Origin: Camelus dromedarius
Taxonomy: Eukaryota
Direction of reading: 5' to 3'
Assembly: GCF_036321535.1 (NCBI RefSeq)
Contig: NC_087436.1
Coordinates: 80,726,001-80,790,000 of the forward strand
Length of the DNA: 64,000 nt
A program made the translations under genes and the position numbers. The notes below the pieces were generated by a model. It ran no database searches, was not told the DNA's origin, and was given only the letters and a program-made list of their open reading frames with translations. Of the stretch, positions 49,814-62,109 are shown piece by piece; position 1 is the first letter of the stretch, and every line of letters begins with the position of its first letter.

Positions 49814-52610
49814 TAATAAAGGATATCTGCCTGAAGTAAAAAAATAGATATGTCTTGGAACATTCTTCTCAGTACCCGATCTGTCTACCAGGTCTACTCA
49901 TTATCCTCTCCAGGGAGTTACCTAATTAGTTCAGGAATGTTCCCAGAGGCCATTAAGCTTAAACTTTTTTTTTTTTTTTTGGTCTTTGTGACAGTAATCC
50001 TATATAAGATTTTCCTATATCTAATTTGTATTTGCACTCACATTTCTGTTTTCACCATACTTTAACATATCTGTATATTTTAATAGGAGAAAAGCTGTGA
50101 TACAAATTATAACAAGAAGGAATCTTGGCTTTCTGGCTAGAGTCAGCAGTGTGGCTTTCGGAAATGCCTAGAACTCTAAGGAATTCTGGAGGTAGAGGCA
50201 GAGAGAAGCTTTCCTATCTTTACATGGGAAAGAACATGGCCACATTTTCTCAAAATTTGAAAGGAAAACAGGGAGAGAGTTAAGAGTGTGGACTGAATCG
50301 AATAAAGAGTTCAGATTCTGGGTGTTTTTTGTTCATAATCTTATTTTTATCTTAAACAAATACCAATGAAAGTAGTGTGTTCATTGTAAAACTCTGGAAA
50401 AAGGCAACGTAGACAGATGAAAATAATACATTTAATATTAATATCAGTTATTTGTTCAAATCTAGGTTGGTCAATATATTTGCTTCCAGGAAGCTCTACT
50501 TGCTAGATTAGGATGAACTGATCAAGGTGTAGCCATTGGTGTCTGACCTTCACTGAGGTATTAATTTTTCTCTGTTATCAAGAAGAAACAAAAACAAACA
50601 ACAGGAAAACCTCCACCAGTATATCTATTCATCTGCAGTGACAGAACAAGAGTGGAGATGGAACAGTGGAAACTATCAGAAACAGGAAATAAGGAGATGC
50701 GTGGTCTTAGAAAAGTTAAAAACAATAATAAAAGTAACTGAAAGTTGATTTTTAAAATTATCATCATGCACTGGCAACTCCAAAATGATATCAGAGATGA
50801 GATGCTCCTCCCTAAAACATACATTTTGTTGGTCTAAGGTCTGTATTTCAAATCATCAGCTCTTTTTAAAACTTACTCTTTAATAAACATTGTATTCTGC
50901 ATCATAGTCTCCGTGGAATACTCCCATTTATACCCTTGGCCTCTGACACATATGAAATCAGATACATGTCTTGCTTTTAGAGCTTGTTTGCAAAGGTTTG
51001 GACTCCTTCTAGCTTGCTTAGGGCAGAGCTTGTCTCCAACTCTGAGATAACCTGTTGTCCTGCGTTTAAACAATAGTGGCACAACAAAAGATGACCAACT
51101 GAAACTTGAGTTATTTCAATTTTGTCTTAGTGACGATTTGGAGTTTTCATTTGTGTTTTAACAGTGAAATAATGTAGACTCAGAGATGTAGTATTTTTTG
51201 TTTCGTAAGTGCAAATTTTAGTTCTTATGTGAAATATTTATTGAATTCAAATAATGTCTTTATAATTGGAATTTACTCTTCTTTTTGTAGTTGTTAGTTG
51301 CTTTAAAACTGAAGAACTAATCAAGGGAATACAACATTGCATCAGTATGATTTAGTAGGTTTGGACATTTTGGTTTTATTAAAATTCATTTAAAAAAACT
51401 GACATGATTTATATATGCACAGAATTTAATAGAAGGAAAAGTTTAGTGTCTTCCTATCTTTTCTGGCTATTACTCATTCCATTTCATGATTATTACTGAA
51501 AATAATTTTGTTGTATACAGTAGGGGAGTATTGAGAAAAGCTCTGCTCTCAGCGTCAAATAATCGAGGTACAACACTGTTCAACTGCTTTTGCAAAGAGC
51601 TTTTTGAAAGTCACTTAATGGGCCTCTTACTTTTTTCTTCATTGTGTCAGTTTTCCCCTTTTCTTCATTCCTCCCTCCTCCTCCTAACTGATCATTTGGG
51701 ATTCATGAGTGGTAACTAGATATTTTACAAAATCTTATATAACTTGCATATTATTGAAATGAAAAAAACAATCACTCACACACTAACAACAACTGAAACA
51801 AAATATGCATCAGTAAAAGTTTAACTCAGGCTACATAGTTATCAGCTTTCCAAACTCCAGGTCCCAAGCCAGTCCTCGTGCAGATGTCCACCTCTGCTGC
51901 ACTGCTTTCTCGTTTACAAGATCGCCTAATGTACCCTTTTGAACAAGGTTTTCTCAGTGTGTTCAACCTATTGCTCACCAGATCTGCAAGGCGGATGGCA
52001 AATTTACATTCAACCACACTCTGGAAAGCTTTTTTTTTTTGGTATCAAGTCAATGGTTTCATTTTATTAGTGAAACAGCATGGAGTACCTCTTACCTACT
52101 ACGAAGTGTTAACCCAGTTTTGATTTTTTTCCCTTTAGAAGTAGATTTTGTAGTTGTAACTGGAACACTGAAAGATTTCAACCTAGTGGATGCTTGCAAC
52201 TACAATATGTAAATTCCTTATTTTCCATGTCATGTTGTAGACAATGTAAATCTCCAAGGAATCCCAGCCCTTAAATGAGACACATTTGCTTTCTTGTCTA
52301 ATTAAAATGAGAGTCCAAGGCCATGAAAAATACATGTCTAGACAAATATGTTATCTAATTTAGAATAAAATTAGGCTAAGAAATATAAAAATATTGCTGA
52401 GTCTATGAAATTTTTACCACCTTCCTGCAGTTACCAACAGTATTTTTTTAAAATTGTTTTCCTTGTGATATTAATGCTATTCCAATGGTCCTTTGTTTAT
52501 AGTCTGTTTAGAACTTTCATAGATATGAACAAAGCTATGTTCCAGAGCAAACTGTTTTAGTTCTTCTCACCATCCACACATAGTATTAATAGTGGTCTAT
52601 ACTCATTTTA

Positions 52611-53360
52611 TTTTATTTAATTAATTTATTTTTTAACATTTTTTTATTGAGTTATAGTCAGTTTACAATGTTGTGTCAATTTCTAGTGTAGAGCACAATT
52701 TTTCAGTTATACATGAACAACATATATTCATTGTCACATTCTTTTTCGCTGTGAGCTACCACAAGATCTTGTATATATTTCCCTGTGCTGTACAGTATAA
52801 TCTTGTATATCTATTCTACTTATGCCTGTCAATATCTACAGATTTTGAACTCCCAGTCTGTCCCTTCCCACCTACCTCCCCCTTGGCAACCACAAGTGTG
52901 TATTCTATGTCTATGAGTCTGTTTCTGTTTCTGTTTTGTATTTATGTTTTTTTTTTTTTTAGATTCCACATATGAGTGATCTCATATGGTATTTTTCTTT
53001 CTTTTTCTGGGACATCCATGTTGCTGCAAATGGCGTTACGTTGTCATTTTTATGGCTGTATAGTATTCCATTGTATAAATATACCAAATCTTCTTTATCC
53101 AGTCATCTGTCGATGGACATTTAGGCTGTTGGTGGGAATGCAGTTTGGTGCAGCCACTGTGGAAAACAATATGGAGATTCCTCAAAAGACTAGGAATAGA
53201 CTTAACCATATGACCCAGTAATCTCACTCCTGGGCATATATCCAGAAGGAACCCTACTTCAAAAAGACACCTGCACCCCAATGTTCATAGCAGCACTATT
53301 TACAATAGCCAAGACATGGAAACAGCCTAAATGTCCATCGACAGATGACTGGATAATGAT
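52611..53360 (-). mobile_element. Young L1 with a 5' inversion (twin priming)
   Basis: Minus-strand 3' end at 52611-53130 and an inverted ORF2 segment at 53126-53360. TSD-like GTGGT(C/A)TATA(C/G)TCATTTTA at 52592-52610 and 53361-53379. Confidence 0.9.
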
Positions 53361-54486
53361 GTGGTATATAGTCATTTTAGTGTTGGCTCTGTGTTGTTGG
53401 TTACTATAAGGCTCTTATAAATTGGTGGCTCTTGGATGGCAATGTTTCATTTTTGCCAGCTTAGTGCTTTTATTTTAATTTTTTATTCAGTTTGTGTGCT
53501 TTAAGGTGAGCATGCACTTTTCCATTTTGCTATAAGCCCAGTAAACCCTTTTTATATGTAGTCTATTCATTTAAAGTGCTTATTCTTAGCTGGCATTTAA
53601 TTGCATTTAAGTTAGTCACGTTGGCAGTGCACATATGAATAAGGGTATGCAGAGGGAGCCATATTGTCACATATGGCTTACATGCTCATAAGAAGAGGGC
53701 TAAGTGGTGAAAGCTGAAAGGGCTAAAAAAAAAAAAGGGTAAATATTGCATGTAAATATGGCTTATAGGATGAGTCATTTCACAGCAGAAATGATTAGGA
53801 AGAACAAGACATGATCATCTACTTTTTTGTGGAAAGTGTTGGGTGGGCCCATGTAATTGATAATAGGAAAACTGACAAAATTGAAAATCTTTGGTTGTGA
53901 AGCTAGAGGGTCTGCATCAGAGTTGAATGTTTAGTGATTTAATGTACATTCAGAAGATGTCTGGGAGTTTGTTGGAAGGACTGAAAGCCAAGCATGGTGA
54001 AAGTGAGGTTGAGGAGATTATTGCTGCAAGCTACGGCTAGTTCTATAGGTTCCAGGCCAATTTGAATCTGCACAACATCAAAGTGAAGGGAGAGAGGCTG
54101 CAACTGCTGATAATGTAATTTCTTAGAAGAAGGAGAATCCTTCATCCAGTGTAAATGAAATTGTTCTATTTTGGGGAAAAGATGCCGATAGAATGTATAT
54201 AATGAGGTGGTGAATAGTATACAGGATTTGAAGACTTTGAAGGACCAAGGCAGACTTTCACAGGGAGACTGGATCCTGGGATTGCAGATTTAAGCCTCTT
54301 TTACTTCAGACAGCTTTTCAGATTAGGACTGTTTCACAGTTCACAGAGTTTAAGGGCAGGAGGATGGAGGAATAGCAGATTTGTCCATTGCCATAGCCCT
54401 AGTGATACTACATATGAAAGCAAAAATGAACATCTGTGAGTTAACATCTTTAAAACGATGCAGTTATGTTTTCAGTATAGGTTAAA

Positions 54487-55231
54487 ATTTATTTTTTATT
54501 TTTAAAATTGTGATTCATTATATGTAACATGAAATTTACCATTTTAACCATGTTTAAGGGGAAAATTCTGTGGTATTAAGTACATTCATATAGTTGTGCA
54601 ACAATTGCCATCATCCATTTCCAGAACTTTTTCGTCTTCCCCAACTGAAACTCTGTACCCATTATTCACTTGCTCCCCATTCCCGCCTCTCCTCACTCCC
54701 GGCAACCATCATTGTACTTCTGTCCTTATGAATTTGACTACTCTAGGTACCTCATATAAGTGGAACCATATAATATTTGTTTTTTAATGACTGGCTTATT
54801 TAATTTAGCCTAATGTCCTCAAGGTTCAACCATACTGTATCATGTATCAGAATTTCCTTTCTTTTTAGGGCTGAATAATATTCCATTGTATGTTTATACC
54901 ACATTTCGTTTATTCATCTTTCAGTGGACAGTTGGATCGCTTCCACCTTTTGGCTGTTGTGAATAATTCTGGTATGAACATGAGTATACCAATATCTGTT
55001 TGAATCTCTGCTTTCATTTCTTTTGGGTGAAGTGAATTGCTGAATCATATGGTAATTCTATTTTTAATGTTTTGAATAATGACCATATCACTTTCTACAG
55101 TGTCTGTACCATTTTACATTCCTACCAGCAATGCACAAGATTCCAATTTCTGTACATCCTTGCCACCAACACATCTTTCTTTTTCTTTCTTCCTTTTCTT
55201 TTCTTTTCTTTTCTTTTCTTTTCTTTTCTTT

Positions 55232-55314
<83 letters not shown>

Positions 55315-55850
55315 AATAGCTATCTTAAAGGATGTGATATCTCATTTTGGTTAGTGATATTGAACATTTTTTCATGTACTTACTGTCCATTTGCATATCT
55401 TCTTTGGAGAAATGTCTAAGTCCTTGGCCCATTTTTGAATTGAGCTCTTTGTCTTTTGTTGTTGAGTTGTAGAAATACTTCATGTATTCTGGATACAATC
55501 CTCGATCAGAAATGTGATTTGCAGATATTTTCTCCAAGTCTGTTGGCTGACTGTTCACTCTGTTGATAGTGTTTTTGGTGTGCAAAAATTTATAATTTTT
55601 ATGTAGAACATTTATCTATTTTTTTCTTTTGCTACCTATGCTTTTGGTGTCATCTGCAAGAAATCATTGTCATATCTAACACCATGAAGATCTTGCCCTT
55701 GATTTTCTTTTTTGAGTTTAATAATTTTATTTCTTACTTTTAGGTCTTCAGTTCAGTTTTGAGTTAATTTTGTATATAGTGTAAGGGCAGCATTCAACTT
55801 CATTTTTTTGGGCATGTGTATATTTAGTTTTTCCAATAGTATTTGCTGAA
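54487..55850 (-). mobile_element. Old L1 (L1MB-like) 3'UTR and ORF2 end
   Basis: AAATTTACCATTTTAACCAT...CCAACTGAAACTCTGTACCCATT...GAATTTGACTACTCTAGGTACCTCATATAAGTGGAA; ORF2 remnant RHFSKEDMQM. Confidence 0.85.
55174..55314. repeat. (CTTTT)n-(CTTT)n compound microsatellite
   Basis: About 140-bp pure pyrimidine tract. Confidence 0.95.
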
Positions 55851-57297
55851 TAATTTTTATTTTTTTAATGGAAAATTCTGATTTTTATCATGCTCTTTGG
55901 TCTATAATTAATGCTTGCTTATGTTCATTTTTTTCCTGTTAGTTTAGTGTGAAAGGATCTTAGTACATTTACTGTAGGAATGCCTGGATAGACATACACA
56001 AAGGTACACACACAGACACACACACAGACACATGCACATCTATAGATTATAAACTATGTGAGCTGTATTTGCATGAGACCCCACTAGACTGCTTGGAGAA
56101 ATTATAGCAAATAAGACATTCATGGAACATATAGGCACCACTGAATTTTAGAGAAAGACTTTCACAACATTTTGAAGAAAAGTAAAGTTCTTTGCCTTAC
56201 AGTTTAATCTCTGGTGTATATTTTTGTGATTATAAGAAAAAATAATTATTTAGTCAATCATAATATTCTTCAGATTTTTAAATACAATGATGGAGGTCCA
56301 TGTATAATGTAATAGTATAAGTCTTACCATCACCAATTCTGATGCATACATTTTATGACTAATATATCATTTATTTGAAGTAGATTCATGATAGTTGTAC
56401 CTTTGATAGTGTTTGTTTAAAAATTTCACATACACTTTTGTTTACATTTTTTATCATGAGAATATAATTAATTATGAATAAATATTTTGATAGATTAGAT
56501 ATTCTGTAAATATCTTAGAAATATAAACTTCTAGTAAGTAATTTCAGGTGAAATCCAATCAGATTTACTACTACTTTGGTTTCCTGTGGAAGATGAAATT
56601 TCTAGACTTATTCATTTGTTTTAAAATTTTTTATTTGCAGAGATTTTTAATTGTTATATATTCTTAAAACATTTGAATAATTTAATAGAAAAAATATCAC
56701 AGTCACATAATAGAAGGTTTCTCTTCTGACTATAGAATTGTAACTAATTTATTTCTATTTCAAGAGAGATGGGCTATGAATTTTCAATGTAAAATGTTGA
56801 AACAAGTTATAAATGAAGAATTAGATATGTATTGACCTTTATTTGGAGTCAGATTTTGGAAAAAATAGAACAAGTCTATATAATTTCACAATTTGGATTC
56901 CAGGCTTTGTGTCATATCCTTTTACTCATGTGATGTATAAGATGACTCGTGAATAACAAAATATTAGGAAGACTATTGATTAATCAAGAGAATGAAACCA
57001 TTCAAGTATAATGGTTACCTTGAATGTTTGGGCTGAAAAGTCATACCAACTTATAAGTTCAGGGAAAAAAAATGAATGAAAATATGTGGAAGATTTTTCA
57101 CTGGCATTTGGTAGCAGCCAAGGAGTTCCCTTCATTTTCAGCAGATACTTGCTATGACACTTCATTTAAATATTATACTGTTGATTACTTCTAGCAGAAT
57201 GGAATATTCAATTACTTTTAATAAGAATAGCACTTCATATTTGCCGAATTTCAGCCACATTTCTTTATTATTTCTCAACACATTAAAACGTCTATTT

Positions 57298-57599
57298 TTA
57301 TTTATTTATTTATTTATTTTATTAAGGTATAGTCAGTTTACAATGTTGTGTCAATTTCTGGTGTATGTGTGTATTTCTGGTAATGTTTCAGTCATACATA
57401 TACATACATATATCTGTTTTCATATTCTTTTTCATTATAGGTTACTACAAGATATTGAATGTAGTTCCCTGTGCTATATAAAAGAAACATCTATTTTATG
57501 TATAGTAATTTGTATTTGCAAATCTCAAACTCCCAATTTATCCTTTCCTACCCACTTTCCCCTGAAAACCGTAAGTTTGTTTTCTATGTCTGTGAGTCT
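57298..57599 (-). mobile_element. L1 3' stub
   Basis: (TTTA)n tail and L1 3'UTR. Flanks AAAAC(AT)GTCTATTT at 57285-57297 and 57600-57614. Confidence 0.9.
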
Positions 57600-58914
57600 A
57601 AAACATGTCTATTTAATGTTTGGTTATTTTTGTTGTTCCTACAAAGGCTTATTAAACTTTAACCGTTCGTGATCTAAGTTTTAAGCTAATAAATATATGC
57701 AAAATTAAACTCCTCACTAAGTTATAAGCTACCAGTAGACTATGCTTAGCATAAGCAATTAATTTGTCAAACATCCATAAGCCAGACATTTTAAGTCTTT
57801 AGTATATAATGGTGAGAAATTTGGAACTTAAGGGATGAAGACAAGAAAGCAGAAAATTAAAATATGCTGTAATATGTTATTAAGATTCTTTTAAAAGTTT
57901 TGAGGATGTCTTATAGTTGCTTAATGTTTGACCAAAATTATATCCATACCCACAAATGTATTGAATGGCAAAAAACAATTTTTCACTCTAAAAAATTGAA
58001 GTCAAAGTTCATAAGGAAAATTTATTTCATTTTTAATAGGATTGCAGAACTGTCCTGGATTAAGTGAGTACTTCTTGAGAGCTGGATTTGGCTATTTGTA
58101 AAGCAGTTAAAAACATTTCTTTTGTAATGTGGTAGAAGGTTTGTGTATTTTTTAGGACATTGGTTTTAGCTAGTTTTAATAGTTTCCCTTTTGTACCTTT
58201 CAGGAACAGAAAGAAAATTAAAATGGATTGTTGAAAATTCCTTCTATTTCCTAGTAATTACATAGCCAATCTGGGTTCACAATTTAAAGAAAGAAAAGAG
58301 TAGAAGAATAAGTCAAGGATCAGCTTGTTTTGTTTCCTTTAAAATAGGAAACTTTTTGCTAGATTAACTCTAGGACTCCTTCACGTAAAAAGATAAAGCC
58401 AGATACCCTAACAACAAAAACAAGCATATAACAAAAACATTTTGTAATCCTAAAAAATAATCCAATTATTTGAAATGGAAGAAATATTTCAATTTTAAAA
58501 ATTCAGAGCAATCAAAGAATGAGCCAGTGTTTTAGGATCTCATAACTGAAGCAACAAAATAGAAATCTGGATTATAAATTTAAATATTATGAAATCTAAT
58601 TTGGAGATTATGAAATTTCTGGTTGTGCTATAGGGAAACAGTGTGATCTTGTTATCTCTCAGTTGAATCATTTATAATGTAAAGATAATACCTACTGTGG
58701 CTGCTAAGAAATGAAAATAAGTCAATTTTTGATCTAAGTAAGGCTTTACCTTAATGATTGGAGAATTTTCTTGTTCTTTTGTTTCATTTTCATTTAATCT
58801 ACACTACCCATTTTATGACTATTTTGCCATTCATTATTAATTATATTAAGGTGGTTATTAATGAAGAGAAATATATCCGAATTTTTTTCTTTTTTTTTAT
58901 CTGTTTTTGTGTAG

Positions 58915-59034
58915 GTTTTCAAAAAGCATTGATTAAAATGAGATTTGAGGTAGTTGATTGAAAGCAACAGCTTTGGGCTGTTACTGGGGTCTGTACAATG
59001 GGCAGAACTGGCCCACGTTAGTTGCAGAACCTAG
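58915..59034 (+). other. Candidate 120-nt non-coding internal exon
   Basis: Long polypyrimidine tract plus TAG|G acceptor, and a TAG|GTAAGA donor. Stops in all three frames. Confidence 0.4.
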
Positions 59035-59139
59035 GTAAGATGCTGCTACACCTACAGATGAAAACTTTCTTCTGATATACTGGATTGGAAACTTATATAT
59101 TAAATTTCTTTTATTTTGATGATTATTCTTACTTTATCT

Positions 59140-59332
59140 ATTTATTTATTTTAAACATTTTTTATTGAGTTATAGTCATTTTACAATGTTGTGTCAAATT
59201 TCAGTGTAGAGCACAATTTTTCAGTTATACATGAACATACATATATTATTTGTCACATTTTTTTTTGCTGTGAGCTACCACAAGAACTTGTATATATTTC
59301 CCTGTGCTATACAGTATGATCTTGTTTATCTG
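59140..59332 (-). mobile_element. Young L1 3' stub
   Basis: TTTTTATTGAGTTATAGTCATTTTACAATGTTGTGTCAAATTTCAGTGTAGAGCACAA, near-identical to the ends at 36257 and 52630. Confidence 0.9.
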
Positions 59333-59339
59333 TGTTAGA

Positions 59340-60700
59340 ACAAATTAAACACTGAGTCAAGAGCTCTACCCTTCTTGCAAACAATATAAGGAAATTAAAT
59401 GCTTTAATTTCCATCTTTCAACTTTAGTGCTACTGTTGTGTATTTTAGTTGCATCCTGCTCTCTGAGCCTTTATAATCAGTGATAATTATTACTATTTTA
59501 ACAATTAATATTTATTTAAACTGCCATCAGATATAGCCATTTATTTATTATTTAGTCTTGGTTCTTGCATCCCAAGCCTTCCTTCTTGGTTCAGTTTTCT
59601 TATTGCTGAGTCACATACTTAGTTATTTCAGCAAAGGCCAGTGAGTGGCAAATATTTAATATTTATTGTGCAGGAAAATATTTTAATTTCACTATGACCT
59701 GTGAATGATAGCTTAGAATATGGGGGTTAACAGTGATTTTTCCTCATCCCTTTGAAACTGTCTTCTGGCAAGTTTTAGTGCCTATGGTTTGCTATCAATA
59801 TAGTTGTTCCTTTGTAGATAATTTGTATTTTCTCTGACATATTTTGTATGATGTTCTCTTTGTTTTGATGTTCTACATTTTACTAGATGTACATCTATAT
59901 TTGTTTATCCTATTTATGCTTCTTCAGTCTGAGAAGATAACTCATGTCTTTCTTTAATTCAGGAAAAATTTCAGGTACTTTTTTGAATTTATTTTTTGCC
60001 ATTCTTTATACTGTCTTCACGGGAAATTCCTGTCATACATATCTTGGGGCTACTCATCGTATCATCCATTCCACTCAGATAGTCTGTCATATTTCCCATC
60101 TGTTTTACCTCTGTTTTGTATCCTGTGTAATTACTTTTTATTTTTATTTATTTGTTTTGTTTTGGGGGAGGTAATTAAGTTTATTTATTTATCTTTTTAA
60201 TGGATGTACTGGGGATTGTACCCAGGACCTCATGCATGCTAAGCACATGCTCTACCACTAAGCTGTACCCTCCTTGCTCTGGGTAATTACTTTAAATCCA
60301 TTCCAATTCACTAAGTTTTTCACCAGCTCCTTCTAGTCAACTCTTTAACTTACCCATTGCATTATTGATTTTAGTGACTCTATTTTTCACTTCTAGCATA
60401 AAAAAATGTTTTTCAAATCTACTGTTTTTCTTACTCTTCTGTTCATACCTCGTGGCTTCTGTTTCTGTCTTTTGCAGATGACTATATTCAGCTTTGGTGT
60501 GCACATTCCCCCATTGCTTCGGTGACTCATTCAAAGTGTTTTATTTTCTTGTGTGGTTTGCGATCTTGTAAGTCAGTCTTCACCGAAGCTGTTTTTCATG
60601 GGAATCCAGAGTACTTGGTACTGTGGAGGTATGCCTTCCGTTGTTTCAGTTTTGCCTCTGTACAGGCCCCGACAGAATTGTAGACAAGTTCACCTTGTCT
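59340..60700 (-). mobile_element. Ancient L1/HAL1-type ORF1 region, decayed
   Basis: CTCATGTCTTTCTTTAATTCAGGAAAAATTTCAG, and a minus-strand coiled-coil-like frame LEVKNRVTKINNAMGKLKS. Confidence 0.6.
60138..60275 (-). mobile_element. Camelid tRNA-derived SINE (Vic-1 type)
   Basis: Same head as the copies at 14133 and 28883. TSD CTG(T/G)GTAATTACTTT at 60123-60137 and 60279-60293. Confidence 0.9.
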
Positions 60701-60801
60701 CACAGACACATAAATTTCAATTTCTCTAAAAAGACTACATTGTCTCCTGTTCCCCAAACTTGCTTCTCCTGTTGTGTATTCCCTTTCTCAGTGAAGGGTG
60801 T

Positions 60802-62109
60802 TGTATCAGCTTATCAGGGCTGCTTATAATAAAGCACCACAGACTGGGTGGTTTAAGCCACAGAAATTACTTTCTCACAATTCTGGAGACTAGAAGTCTG
60901 AGATCGAGTTGCCAGCAGGGTTGGTTCTTCTGAGGCTTCTCTCGTTGGCTTGTACATGACCATCGTCTCCCTTGGTCTTCAGGTGGTTTTCCCTGTGTGA
61001 CTGTGGCCTAATCTCTTCTTATGAGAACACCAGTTATATTGGATTAGCACTCGCAGTAATGACCTCATTTTATTTATTTATTTATTATTGACGTATAGTC
61101 AGTTATGACATGTAAATTTCTGGTGTACAGCATAATATCCCAGTCATGCATATATATACATATATTCATTTTCATATTCTTTTTCATTAAAGGTTATTAA
61201 AAATATTGAATATAGTTCCCTATGTTATACAGAAGAAATTTTTTAAATCTATTTTTATATATAGTGGTTAACATTTGCAAATCTCAAACTCCCACATTTA
61301 TCCCTTCCCACCCCTTTTCTCCCTCATAGCCATAAGACTGTTTACCATGTCTGAGAGTCTGTTTCTGTTTTGTAGATGAGTTCATTAGTGTCCTCTTTTT
61401 TTTCTGTTTTTTTTTAGATTCTACATATGAGTGATATCATATGGTGTTTTTCCTTCTCTTTCTGCCTTAATTCACTTAGTATGACAATCTCCAGGTCCAT
61501 CAACCTTGCTGCAAATGGAATTATTTTATTCTCTTTTATGACTAAGTAGTATTCCATTGTATAAATATAGCACAACTACTTTATCCAGTCATCTATCAAA
61601 AGACATTTAGGTAGCTTCCATGTCTTGGCTATTGTACATAGTGCTTCTGTAAACATTGGGGTGCATGTATATTTTTGAATTAAGAGTTCCCGCTAGATAT
61701 ATGCCCAGGAGTGGGATTGCTGGATCATATGTTAAGTCTATTTTTAGTCTTCTGAGGAATCTCCATACTGTTTTCCATAATGGCTGCACCAAACTCCATT
61801 CCCACCAACAGCGTAGGAGGGTTCCCTTTTCTCCACACCCTCTCCAGCATTTATCATTTGTGGACTTTTGAATGATGGCCATTCGGACTGGTATGAGGTG
61901 ATACCTCATTGCAGTTTTGAATTGCGTTTCTCTGATAATTAGCAATATTGATCATTTTTTTAATGTGCCTATTGGCCATTTGTATGATGACCTCATTTTA
62001 ACTTAATTACCTCTTTAAAGGCCTTGACTCCAAGTACAGCACATTCTGAGGTCCTAGAGGTTAGAATATTAATATTTAAATTTGGGGGGAGCACAGATCA
62101 GGCACAACA
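60802..62109 (-). mobile_element. MaLR LTR (MLT1A-like), split by an L1
   Basis: TGTATCAG...CACCACAGACTGGGTGGTTTAA...TTCTGGAGACTAGAAGTCTGAGATC. Resumes at about 61987 with ACCTCTTTAAAGGCC...CACATTCTGAGGT...AACA. Confidence 0.85.
61073..61986 (-). mobile_element. 5'-truncated L1 (about 0.9 kb)
   Basis: ORF2 CCHC region (61607-61945), 3'UTR and (TTTA)n tail. TSD ATGACCTCATTTT(A) at 61059-61072 and 61987-62000, at a canonical TTTT/AA site. Confidence 0.95.

Noticed and set aside
51826..52123. Overlapping 63-aa (-) and 81-aa (+) ORFs in unique, slightly CpG-retaining sequence
   Set aside because: No recognisable protein family and no convincing paired splice sites. The region may be regulatory, but I cannot support a call.
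55072..55419. Phe/Leu/Ser-rich ORFs
   Set aside because: Translation of the (CTTT)n microsatellite.
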